The notes beneath the pieces were generated by a model. It did not search any database. It saw only the letters and a list, made by a program, of their open reading frames with translations, and was not told the origin of the DNA. This document shows, piece by piece, positions 1-8,180 of a DNA stretch of 26,966 bases. The first letter of the stretch is position 1. Each line of letters opens with the position of its first letter. A program made the position numbers and the translations under genes. The stretch is from Opitutaceae bacterium (lineage in GTDB: Bacteria > Verrucomicrobiota > Verrucomicrobiia > Opitutales > Opitutaceae), in NCBI GenBank assembly GCA_050737455.1, contig JBOHXF010000363.1, positions 1 through 26,966 on the forward strand. Direction: 5' to 3'.

Positions 1-3
1 TTC

Positions 4-318
4 CTACGCGATCGTGGGTAGAACGGCGCTGAGATCCTCCTCTTCCTCCTCGGCCGGCAGCTCCTCCAGGGGAGCGAATCGCTCCGAGGAGAAGCCGAGT
101 TCCTGCTGGCCGGCATGAAACGGGTCGGGTGGGTTGTGCAGCTCCTCCAGAAGGACCCCCACCGTGGCCGACTCGCCGCCTTTCACGATCTTTTCGCGGC
201 CGAGATACACCTCCCGGATCCGGTAGGTGTCCCCTTTCACCGGAAGCTGGATGTACAGGGCCCGGACCAGTTGGGTGAAGGTATCGTTGATGCAGACGAC
301 GCGTTGGCCCTTGATCAT
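4..318 (-). CDS. Small hypothetical protein (104 aa) with acidic C-terminal tail
   Basis: ORF 4..333; ATG at 318 (MIKGQRVVCINDTF) preferred over the upstream non-ATG start. Normal protein-like composition, unlike the Arg/Pro/Gly-rich shadow ORFs; co-oriented with the upstream gene. Confidence 0.8.
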   Translation of the reverse strand: MIKGQRVVCINDTFTQLVRALYIQLPVKGDTYRIREVYLGREKIVKGGESATVGVLLEELHNPPDPFHAGQQELGFSSERFAPLEELPAEEEEEDLSAVLPTIA

Positions 319-379
319 GAAATGGACCACCAAGATAGCGAAGGGCTGCGAAAACGAAAGGGGGATCGGGCGGGCCCGG

Positions 380-841
380 CTAGTCGATCCTGCCCTCGTC
401 GAAATCGATCAGGTCCGGAACGCTTCGGATCTCCTCCACCCGGTCCGCGCAGCCCATGACCGTCAGCGCCTCACGGATGAAATCCCGGCCGGCCGGAGTC
501 ATCCCCTTCTGGGCGAGCTCGCGGTTCCACCGGGCGGCATGGACGTCGGCCGGAAAAAGCTCACGCAGGCGGGTGTCGAGTTCGGCGTCGTCAGCCGAAG
601 TGTGGACGATCCGTTCGACCTCGCCGGGATCCACCCCCAGGTGCAGGCAGAGAAAGCGGTCGATGCCCCGCTTGTAGTTCTTGGCATAGCTCGGCGGGAG
701 CGCGCCGTGCTCCCGCACATACCTGCATTTCGCGATGAACCGCGGAAGGTACAAGAGGCCGGTCGCCGGGTGCGCGAGATACGGGGAAGGCAGGCACCTC
801 AGCACGTCGCCGCTCGAGCCCGGGATCGGTTTGGAAGGCAT
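380..841 (-). CDS. DUF5069-like protein
   Basis: SPY..GLLYLPRFIAKCR, GIDRFLCLHLGV and terminal DLIDFDEGR match my recollection of the DUF5069 family. Confidence 0.75.
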   Translation of the reverse strand: MPSKPIPGSSGDVLRCLPSPYLAHPATGLLYLPRFIAKCRYVREHGALPPSYAKNYKRGIDRFLCLHLGVDPGEVERIVHTSADDAELDTRLRELFPADVHAARWNRELAQKGMTPAGRDFIREALTVMGCADRVEEIRSVPDLIDFDEGRID

Positions 842-866
842 CGTCCCTGAAGGTTACATGCCCGGG

Positions 867-902
867 GCGCGGCGGGGGCAAGTTCCGGCGGCCCCGCCGC
901 GC
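867..902. other. GC-rich stem-loop just downstream of the LacI stop codon
   Basis: GCGCGGCGGGG (867-877) pairs perfectly with CCCCGCCGCGC (892-902). No U-tract, so it may be an mRNA-stabilising hairpin or weak terminator. Confidence 0.45.
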
Positions 903-904
903 AC

Positions 905-2026
905 TCAGAACAGCGCCGTTCGGAACGGCTGGCGCGGCGGCGCGGTCCGGCCGTCCTGCCAATAGCCGGGCACATAGGTGATTGTTTGCGTCTTCGGAAC
1001 ACCGCGCTGATGGCTCTCGGCCATGATCGCGAGCTGCTCCATCGCGCGCTGGCCGACGAGCCGGTGGTTCTGGACGACGCCCGCGACACCGGGCATCGAC
1101 GGCGGCACGTCCAGGGGAGCGAAAGCGACGTCCTCCGGAACGCGCAGCCCGGCCTTCGGGAAGACCTCGAACAACTCGTTCCAATTGGAGATCACCGCGT
1201 CGATGCGGTTCTTCTCGATCCACTGGCGAATGACCTCCTCCAGGTTCGGAACATCCCCCAGCCCGAAGAACAGCGAGGGGACGCACTCCGATTCGCACAG
1301 CGCCGCCTGCTCGATGAGGGCGCCCATGCCGAACGACTCGGCGAGCCGCATTTCGTCCTCGCGCGCGGTGGCGAGGCCGATCCGGCGGTAGCCGAGGGCG
1401 CGGAGCCGGCGCATCGCGAGCCGCGCGACCTGCATCTGGTCGTTGGAGACGCAGTCGAGGTCCGGGGTGAGATGGAGGCACTCGATCTTGACCGCCGTAA
1501 ATCGGCTCCAATCGAGGTCGAGCTGGCCGATATCGATTTCGAAGGTGGACAGCAGGATCCCGGTCACGCCCCGGGCCTGCAGGATCGAATTAAGCCGGGC
1601 CGGTTCAAGACGCCCGCGGCCCACCTCGAAGATCTCCAGCGAGTGGCCATGGGCCTCGGCGGCGGCCTTCGCGCCCTCCCAGACAAGGGGCTGATAGCAC
1701 ATCCCGTCGAAGAACCGGGTCGCACCGGCGTGGACGACAAATGCGGAGCCCGTGGAGCGCGGCTGCTTGTGCTGCCTCACCCGGTGGAAATTGAGGGCGT
1801 CGAGCTGCGGATCGCGGCGGTAGCCGACCGCCTCGGCCGCCACGCGAATCCGCTCGCGGGTCGCCGGCGGGATGCTCGGGTGCCCGCGCAAAGCGAGCGA
1901 GACCGTGGTCACATGGACCCCCGCCCGGGCCGCGACGTCGGCCAGGGTCCGGTAGGGCTTGCCCGCCCGGGGCGGGTCAGCCTCGGAAGGGCGCGCTGGA
2001 GCCGTCCTGCCACACGCTTTGGACAT
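905..2026 (-). CDS. LacI-family transcriptional regulator
   Basis: N-terminal HTH TLADVAARAGVHVTTVSLALR, hinge GYRRDP, sugar-binding domain with LGYRRIGL and GLRVPEDVA. Start uncertain: ATG 2026 overlaps the upstream gene by 50 nt. Confidence 0.92.
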   Translation of the reverse strand: MSKACGRTAPARPSEADPPRAGKPYRTLADVAARAGVHVTTVSLALRGHPSIPPATRERIRVAAEAVGYRRDPQLDALNFHRVRQHKQPRSTGSAFVVHAGATRFFDGMCYQPLVWEGAKAAAEAHGHSLEIFEVGRGRLEPARLNSILQARGVTGILLSTFEIDIGQLDLDWSRFTAVKIECLHLTPDLDCVSNDQMQVARLAMRRLRALGYRRIGLATAREDEMRLAESFGMGALIEQAALCESECVPSLFFGLGDVPNLEEVIRQWIEKNRIDAVISNWNELFEVFPKAGLRVPEDVAFAPLDVPPSMPGVAGVVQNHRLVGQRAMEQLAIMAESHQRGVPKTQTITYVPGYWQDGRTAPPRQPFRTALF

Positions 2027-3029
2027 AAATCGAGGAGGCGAACTGGGGCACCCCGCGCTCGCCGGATTTGAGCTGGCTCACGACCACCGAGGCCGCCCGC
2101 TCGCCGACGACCGCGAAGCGGGGCCGCACGCCCGCCGCGCCCTCCCGAATCGGCTCGCACAGGCGCAAGTACGCCGCGGCCACCTCATCCGGGACCCGGA
2201 GCCGCTCGCCTTCAAGCAGATCGCGGATGCGTTCATGGTTGGAAAGGACCACATCGACGCGGTGGCGCCTCACCCACCGCCCGATCGTCGCCCCGAGGGC
2301 CGGCTCGTCGATCGCGTAGGGAAACAGCAGTGGAGGCACGCGCCGTTCCGGGGGCAGGGATCCCTCCTCCATGAGATAGCCGGCGCTGTGCCGGAAGCCG
2401 CAGGCGTGCTCGTCGGTCCGTCCGACGGCCAGTCCGATCCGGCGGTAGCCGAGGGCGGATAGGCGGTGGAATGCCATCCGGACGTCCCGGAGCTGGTCGT
2501 TGCCGACGACGGTCGATTCCGGCTCGGTATGGCGGGAGTGGATGCGCACGGTGGCGTAGTCGTCCCAATTGAGCGCGACTTCGGCGAAACCGGGCGCGAA
2601 CGCGCCGATGATCAACCCGCGAATCCCGTTCGTGCGCAGGTGCTTCGTCAGGCTGCGGCTATCGTGGTCGTCCTCGCCCACCGCGAGCGGTTCCAGTTCG
2701 TAGCCGAGCACGCCCGCCTGGCGGACGGCCCCGGCCAGGATGGCCTGGAGATCCGCCGGCCGCCTCCGGCCCGACCCAAGGCCGAAATTCTCGAGGTAGG
2801 CGATCCTTGGCAGCGGCCCCCAGACGGCTCCTTGCTCACGGAACCGGGTGAGCGCGTAATATACCGGGTTGCGCCGGTAGCCTAGTCGGTCGGCGATCTC
2901 CCGGATGCGCCGGCGCGTGGTCTCCGGGATACTCGCATGCTCGCGGAGCGCCAACGAGACGGTCGTGACGTGATAGCCCGCTTCGCGAGCGACGTCCTTG
3001 AGCCTAGGGATGACGGCGGACTCGATCAT
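1977..3029 (-). CDS. LacI-family transcriptional regulator
   Basis: HTH RLKDVAREAGYHVTTVSLALR, LGYRRNP hinge, LGYRRIGLA, LRVPDEVA. Confidence 0.93.
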   Translation of the reverse strand: MIESAVIPRLKDVAREAGYHVTTVSLALREHASIPETTRRRIREIADRLGYRRNPVYYALTRFREQGAVWGPLPRIAYLENFGLGSGRRRPADLQAILAGAVRQAGVLGYELEPLAVGEDDHDSRSLTKHLRTNGIRGLIIGAFAPGFAEVALNWDDYATVRIHSRHTEPESTVVGNDQLRDVRMAFHRLSALGYRRIGLAVGRTDEHACGFRHSAGYLMEEGSLPPERRVPPLLFPYAIDEPALGATIGRWVRRHRVDVVLSNHERIRDLLEGERLRVPDEVAAAYLRLCEPIREGAAGVRPRFAVVGERAASVVVSQLKSGERGVPQFASSIYVQSVWQDGSSAPFRG

Positions 3030-3089
3030 GGGGTTGGGCGAAGCGATTCCGTGACAGGGGGGATACGGCGGGCCAAGGGGCGGCTGACT

Positions 3090-3099
3090 CTAACGTTTG
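3090..3099. promoter_or_regulatory. Candidate LacI-type operator CTAACGTTTG
   Basis: Near-palindrome with central CG (AACGTT core) in the AT-richer part of the divergent LacI/MFS intergenic region. Confidence 0.4.
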
Positions 3100-3162
3100 G
3101 TGTAAAGCCGCATTCGTTGGACTGGTCAACCCTGTTCGCCGGCTCCAGAACCTTGCCGCCCC

Positions 3163-4905
3163 ATGACAGTCCTACCGCCAGGCGACGTTCGGCCAGGCAG
3201 CCGCCCCTTGCTCGCCCGGTTCGGCGGGGCCCCGTCCCTCCTCCGGGCGCTGGCCTGGGTGCCCTCGCTTTATCTGGCGGAAGGCATTCCCTTCAACGTC
3301 ATCATGGGCGGCACCACCGCCCGGATGTACAAGGCGCTCGGGTACACCGATGCGCGCATCACCGTGGCGATCGGGGCAATCGGCATCGCCTGGTCGCTCA
3401 AGCCGCTTTGGGCCGCGTTCCTGGAAATGTACCGCACGAAGAAGTTCTTCGTGATCGCCATGGAGATCGCCTTCACGGCCCTGCTCGTGGCCGTGGCGGC
3501 CGCAGTGCCCCTGCCCGGATTCTTCCGAATCAGCATCGGTCTTTTCTGGGTGGCGGCCTTCGCCTCCTCCACCCAGGACATCTGCGCCGACGGCATCTAC
3601 CTTACCGCGCTCGACCCGCGCGATCAGGCCGCGCTGGCGGGCGTCCAGGGAGCGTTCTGGCTGGTCGGCAAGGTGCTCGCCGCGGGAGTCATCATCGCGG
3701 CGCTCGATCGGATGCGCCTCGCCTGGCATTGGTCCGACCGCGCGATGTGGCAAGCCGTGCTGCTGGTCTGCGCGGCGATCATGGCCATTCTGGCCGGCTA
3801 TCATCTCTTCCGGCTTCCGCGGGGGGGGATTTCGGACAGGCCGTCGAGCGCCCGCGCGGTCATGCGAGACTTCCTGGAGACGGGGGCCAGCTTCTTCCAC
3901 AAGCGCTGCTTCTGGGGCATGATGGCCTTCGTCTTTCTCTACCGGCTCGGGGAGGGGCTGATCCTCATCGAAGGTCAGCTCTTCCTACAGAGCTCCACCG
4001 CGCACGGCGGCCTCGGCCTGACGCCGGGATACGTGAGCGAAATCTACGCCGTCTGGGGGACCGGCGCCAGCCTGCTGGGCGGCCTGCTGAGCGGCGTGTT
4101 CATCTCCCGGGTCGGCCTCTGGCGCTGCCTTGGGTTCCTGGGGCTCTGCCTTAACGTTCCGCATGTCACCTACATCGTCCTGAGCCAGATCGCGGCGCCT
4201 GGGCACGGGGCGCATTACGCCACGATCGCGACGCTCGTGAGCATCGAGCAATTCGGCTACGGGTTCGGTTTTGTGGGCAACATGGTCTACATGATGCAGC
4301 AGATTGCGCCGGGGCGATCGACCATGACCCATTATGCATTCGCGACGGCGCTCATGAACCTCGTGCTCGTGCCGACGAACATGATTTCCGGGCCGCTCGC
4401 GGAATGGCTGGGGTTCTCGGCTTTCTTCCTGGTCGTGATCTTCGCTTCCGTGCCCTCGATCTGGGCGGCGTTCAAGGCGCCGTTCCCCCATCCCGCCGGC
4501 GAGGCGCCAGGGATCGACCCCGAGGCGCCCCGGCTCACAGCCGACGATCCGACGCGGCTGGAGCCCGAACAGCGCGCAATCCAGCTCTCCGCCGGGCGGG
4601 CGTCCATGTTCGCGATGCTCAATGCCCTCACGATTCTCGTTCTGGATACGAACATCCTGGGGACACTGGAGGGGAAGGCGCGCGGAACCGGACGTTTCCA
4701 GTTCGCGCTGCTCTGCCTCAGCTTCTTCCTCAAGATCGCACTTTCGGCCGCCGCGCTCCGGCGCGCGAGAGAGAGCCTCGCGGAGGCCCGCCGGTGCGGT
4801 GAAACGGTCTATTCCGGAAACGCGCGCGGCGCGCGGATCGCCACCTATGTTTGCGCCGTCGTCAGCTGCTTCATCCTCGCGTTTGGCGCATACCGCGCGT
4901 TCTGA
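3163..4905 (+). CDS. AmpG-like MFS transporter with C-terminal membrane extension
   Basis: LYLAEGIPF, WSLKPLWA, ASSTQDICADGIY, FLYRLGE, EQFGYGFGF and HYAFATALM are AmpG-family-like motifs; about 12 TM core plus ~138 extra residues. Confidence 0.88.
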   Translation: MTVLPPGDVRPGSRPLLARFGGAPSLLRALAWVPSLYLAEGIPFNVIMGGTTARMYKALGYTDARITVAIGAIGIAWSLKPLWAAFLEMYRTKKFFVIAMEIAFTALLVAVAAAVPLPGFFRISIGLFWVAAFASSTQDICADGIYLTALDPRDQAALAGVQGAFWLVGKVLAAGVIIAALDRMRLAWHWSDRAMWQAVLLVCAAIMAILAGYHLFRLPRGGISDRPSSARAVMRDFLETGASFFHKRCFWGMMAFVFLYRLGEGLILIEGQLFLQSSTAHGGLGLTPGYVSEIYAVWGTGASLLGGLLSGVFISRVGLWRCLGFLGLCLNVPHVTYIVLSQIAAPGHGAHYATIATLVSIEQFGYGFGFVGNMVYMMQQIAPGRSTMTHYAFATALMNLVLVPTNMISGPLAEWLGFSAFFLVVIFASVPSIWAAFKAPFPHPAGEAPGIDPEAPRLTADDPTRLEPEQRAIQLSAGRASMFAMLNALTILVLDTNILGTLEGKARGTGRFQFALLCLSFFLKIALSAAALRRARESLAEARRCGETVYSGNARGARIATYVCAVVSCFILAFGAYRAF

Positions 4906-4930
4906 CCGATCCGGCTCATTCATCCTCCTT

Positions 4931-6274
4931 ATGCAACCCATCCGATTTCCATCAAAATTTGTCTGGGGCGTCGCCGCGGCCGCGCCCCAAATCGAAGGCG
5001 CCGCCTTCGAAGGCGGAAAGGGGCCCTCGGTATGGGACACCTTCTGCCGGGTTCCCGGCGCCGTGCACGGTGGCGACACGCTTGACGCGGCTTGCGACCA
5101 CTACCACCGGTTCGACCGGGATTTCGCGCTGATGCGGGAACTCGGGTACCGAAACTACCGGCTTTCAATCGCCTGGCCGCGCATCCTGCCGGAGGGGCGC
5201 GGGCGGGTGAACTCCAAGGGCGTCGATTTTTACCACCGCCTCTTCGATTCAATGGAGCGTCATGGGATCACCCCGTGGGCGACGATGTTTCACTGGGATC
5301 TGCCGCAGGCGCTTGAAGACCAGGGCGGGTGGCTCGCGCGCGGGGTCGTCGACGCGTTCGCGCAGTACGCGGACACCTTGGTTCGGGCATTCGGCGGCCA
5401 GGTGAAGCGGTGGTTCACGGTGAACGAGATCCCCTGCTTCACCGAACTCGCCTATGGCCGGGGGATCAAGGCGCCGGGGCGGCGCGAAAACCAAGCCGCC
5501 GTGAACCAGGCCTACCACCACGCGCTGATGTGCCACGGCCACGGGGTGCGGGCCGTTCGGGAGTACGGGAACCGCGGCGCGCGCGTGGGGCTGGTCGACA
5601 ATCCCACCGTGCCCGTGCCGCTCTACGAGGAGGAGGCCGAAATCTCGGCCGCCCGGCGCGCGTTCGCGGAGGCGAACGCCCGGATCCTGGGCGCGATTGG
5701 GCGCGGCCGCTACGCGGAGAGCTACCTGCGCGCAGCCGGCCGGGCCGCGCCGAAGGTCGCGAGAGGGGACTTCGCATTGATCGCGCAGCCTACCGACTAC
5801 CTGGGCCTCAATATCTATACAGGACACTTCGTGCGCCCCGGCCGCGGCGGCCGCCCGGAGCGGGTGGACTTCCCCAAGAGCTATCCCCGCTCGGACTGCT
5901 CATGGCTGCACCTGCTGCCGCAGTCGATGTACTGGGCCCCGCGGTTCGCGGCCGAGATGTGCCGGACGAAGGCCATCTATATCACCGAACAGGGCGCCGG
6001 CTACGACGATCCCGACGAGGTCCAAGGGGAATTCGCCGACCTGCACCGCCGGGAGTGCGTGCGCAACTACCTGCGGGAACTCCATCGCGGTCTGGAGGAC
6101 GGCCTGCCGATCCGGGGCTACTTCCTCTGGTCCGTCCTCGACAACTACGAATGGGAGGACGGCTACGCCCGCCGCTTCGGCATCGTTCACACGAACTTCC
6201 GGACCCAGAAGCGCACCCCGAAGCTTAGCGCCCGCTGGTACGCGAAGGTCGTGGCGAGCGGCCGGCTGATCTGA
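4931..6274 (+). CDS. GH1 beta-glucosidase
   Basis: ATG at 4931 (MQPIRFPSKFVWG). Motifs QIEG, ACDHYHR, YRLSIAWPRI, HWDLP, TVNE (acid/base), ITEQG (nucleophile), DNYEW. The ORF-track extension to 4622 overlaps the MFS and is rejected. Confidence 0.95.
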   Translation: MQPIRFPSKFVWGVAAAAPQIEGAAFEGGKGPSVWDTFCRVPGAVHGGDTLDAACDHYHRFDRDFALMRELGYRNYRLSIAWPRILPEGRGRVNSKGVDFYHRLFDSMERHGITPWATMFHWDLPQALEDQGGWLARGVVDAFAQYADTLVRAFGGQVKRWFTVNEIPCFTELAYGRGIKAPGRRENQAAVNQAYHHALMCHGHGVRAVREYGNRGARVGLVDNPTVPVPLYEEEAEISAARRAFAEANARILGAIGRGRYAESYLRAAGRAAPKVARGDFALIAQPTDYLGLNIYTGHFVRPGRGGRPERVDFPKSYPRSDCSWLHLLPQSMYWAPRFAAEMCRTKAIYITEQGAGYDDPDEVQGEFADLHRRECVRNYLRELHRGLEDGLPIRGYFLWSVLDNYEWEDGYARRFGIVHTNFRTQKRTPKLSARWYAKVVASGRLI

Positions 6275-6456
6275 GTTCGTTGCCAGGCCCGGCCCCGAAG
6301 TCCGCCGGCCGCGCTTGCACCGGGACCGTGGCCGCATCGCCGGGCGAATCGATATGACCACAAATCTCCCCGATCGGCCGGCGCGACCGCGACCTCGGGC
6401 GTGCGCCATTGTCCGATAAGGATGCGCCGGCGGCCGGCGGGGATCGGCGAGGCCAA

Positions 6457-6477
6457 TCACCGCATATTATGCGGTGA
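6457..6477. repeat. 21-bp palindrome TCACCGCATA-T-TATGCGGTGA
   Basis: Perfect 10-bp arms with a 1-nt centre in the convergent GH1/gltD intergenic region; function unknown. Confidence 0.6.
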
Positions 6478-6533
6478 ATAAGGGCCCATTCGCCGCAGGA
6501 AGTCGACCGAGGACAGGTGGAATTGTCCGGTTC

Positions 6534-8012
6534 CTAAGGCAGCGCCGTTTCGCCCATCAAGTAGCGGTCGCATTCGCGGGCTGCCGCGCGACCCTCGTTG
6601 ATCGCCCAGACGATCAGGCTCTGACCGCGGCGGCAATCGCCCGCCGCGAAAACCCCCTTGAGGCTGGTCGCGTGCCCGCCATACTCCGCCTTGATGTTGG
6701 TGCGGGCGTCGCACTCGATGCCCAGCTCTTTGAGGAAGGCTTGTTCGGGCCCGAGGAAACCCAGGGCGAGGAGGATCAGTTGGGCGGGGCGGGTCTCCTC
6801 CGAGCCGGGGACCTCCTTCGGTGCGAACTGGCCCTTTTCGTTCTTTTCCCAGCCGATCTTCACGGTGACGAGCTCCTTCACGCGGCCCTGGGCGTCGCCG
6901 GCGAATTTTTTTACGGTGGTGAGATAAGTCCGCGGGTCGGACCCGAACCGGGCCGCCGCCTCCTCCTGGCCGTAGTCGACCCGGTAGATCTTCGGCCATT
7001 CCGGCCAGGGGTTGTCCGCCGCGCGCTCGGCGGGCGGCTTCGGGAGGATTTCGAACTGGACGAGGCTCCGGCAGCCGTGGCGCATCGCGGTCCCGACGCA
7101 GTCGGTGCCGGTATCGCCGCCGCCGATCACGACAACATCCTTGTCCTTGCCGGTGACGCGCGGCTCGCCGCCGTCCAGGAGCGCCTTGGTATTGGCCCCG
7201 AGGTAGTCCATCGCGAAATGGACCCCTTGGAGGGTCCGACCCTCGATCGGCAGATCCCGCGGCTGGGTCGCGCCCGTGCAGATCACGGTCGCGTCGAATT
7301 CCTTGAGGAAAATCTGCGGTTCGACGTTGTCGCCGACGTTCGCGTTGCAGATGAAGCGGACGCCCTCCTCTTCCATGAGGCGGATCCGGCGCAGGACGAC
7401 CTCCCGTTTGTCGAGCTTCATGTTCGGGATGCCGTACATGAGGAGGCCGCCCGGGCGGTCGGCGCGCTCGAACACGGTGACGTTATGGCCCGCCTGGTTG
7501 AGCTGGGCGGCGGCCGCGAGGCCTGCGGGGCCCGAACCGATCACCGCGACCTTCCTGCCGGTGCGGACCGCGGGTTTCTGCGGGACCATCCAGCCTTCCT
7601 CCCAGCCGCGGTCGATGATCGCGCATTCGATGGCCTTGATCGTGACGGGCGGCTGATTGATGCCGAGGACGCACGAGCCTTCGCACGGCGCGGGGCACAC
7701 CCGTCCGGTGAATTCCGGGAAGTTGTTGGTCCGGAGCAGCCGTTCCAGCGCGTCGCGCCAGAGGCCCCGGTACACCAGGTCGTTCCACTCGGGAATCAGG
7801 TTGTTGACGGGGCAGCCGGAGGCCATCCCGCCGATCAGCCGGCCCGTGTGGCAGAACGGCACGCCGCAGTCCATGCACCGCGCGCCCTGCTGGCGGAGTT
7901 TCTTCTCCTCCATGTGGTGGTGAAACTCCTTCCAGTCGCGCACCCGCTCCAGCGGCGGCCGGTCGGTGGGCAGTTCGCGGAGGTATTCGATGAAGCCGGT
8001 CGGTTTACCCAT
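6534..8012 (-). CDS. gltD: Glutamate synthase small (beta) subunit
   Basis: MGKPTGF start, [26 protein letters not shown] Fe-S motifs, GSGPAG and GGGDTG dinucleotide-binding motifs, GDCRRGQSL. Confidence 0.97.
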   Translation of the reverse strand: MGKPTGFIEYLRELPTDRPPLERVRDWKEFHHHMEEKKLRQQGARCMDCGVPFCHTGRLIGGMASGCPVNNLIPEWNDLVYRGLWRDALERLLRTNNFPEFTGRVCPAPCEGSCVLGINQPPVTIKAIECAIIDRGWEEGWMVPQKPAVRTGRKVAVIGSGPAGLAAAAQLNQAGHNVTVFERADRPGGLLMYGIPNMKLDKREVVLRRIRLMEEEGVRFICNANVGDNVEPQIFLKEFDATVICTGATQPRDLPIEGRTLQGVHFAMDYLGANTKALLDGGEPRVTGKDKDVVVIGGGDTGTDCVGTAMRHGCRSLVQFEILPKPPAERAADNPWPEWPKIYRVDYGQEEAAARFGSDPRTYLTTVKKFAGDAQGRVKELVTVKIGWEKNEKGQFAPKEVPGSEETRPAQLILLALGFLGPEQAFLKELGIECDARTNIKAEYGGHATSLKGVFAAGDCRRGQSLIVWAINEGRAAARECDRYLMGETALP

Positions 8013-8180
8013 GATCGTCGAAGCGGAAGGCGGATAGGCGGTTGGGGCGGGGGCCCGGATGGTCCATGAAGGTCGACTCCATTCGGGCAGCTAAACCCGC
8101 CGACCGATCTATCCGCGCATCGGGGGCGATTTCTCCTCCAATGCTCCGCGGAACCTGCGCAACAACTTCGGTCGCCATGT

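Noticed and set aside
4622..4930. N-terminal extension of GH1
   Set aside because: Overlaps the MFS in another frame; GH1 homology starts right after ATG 4931.
6409..6480. Functional chromosomal dif site
   Set aside because: Arms are not in the 11-6-11 arrangement, and the window appears origin-proximal rather than terminus-proximal.
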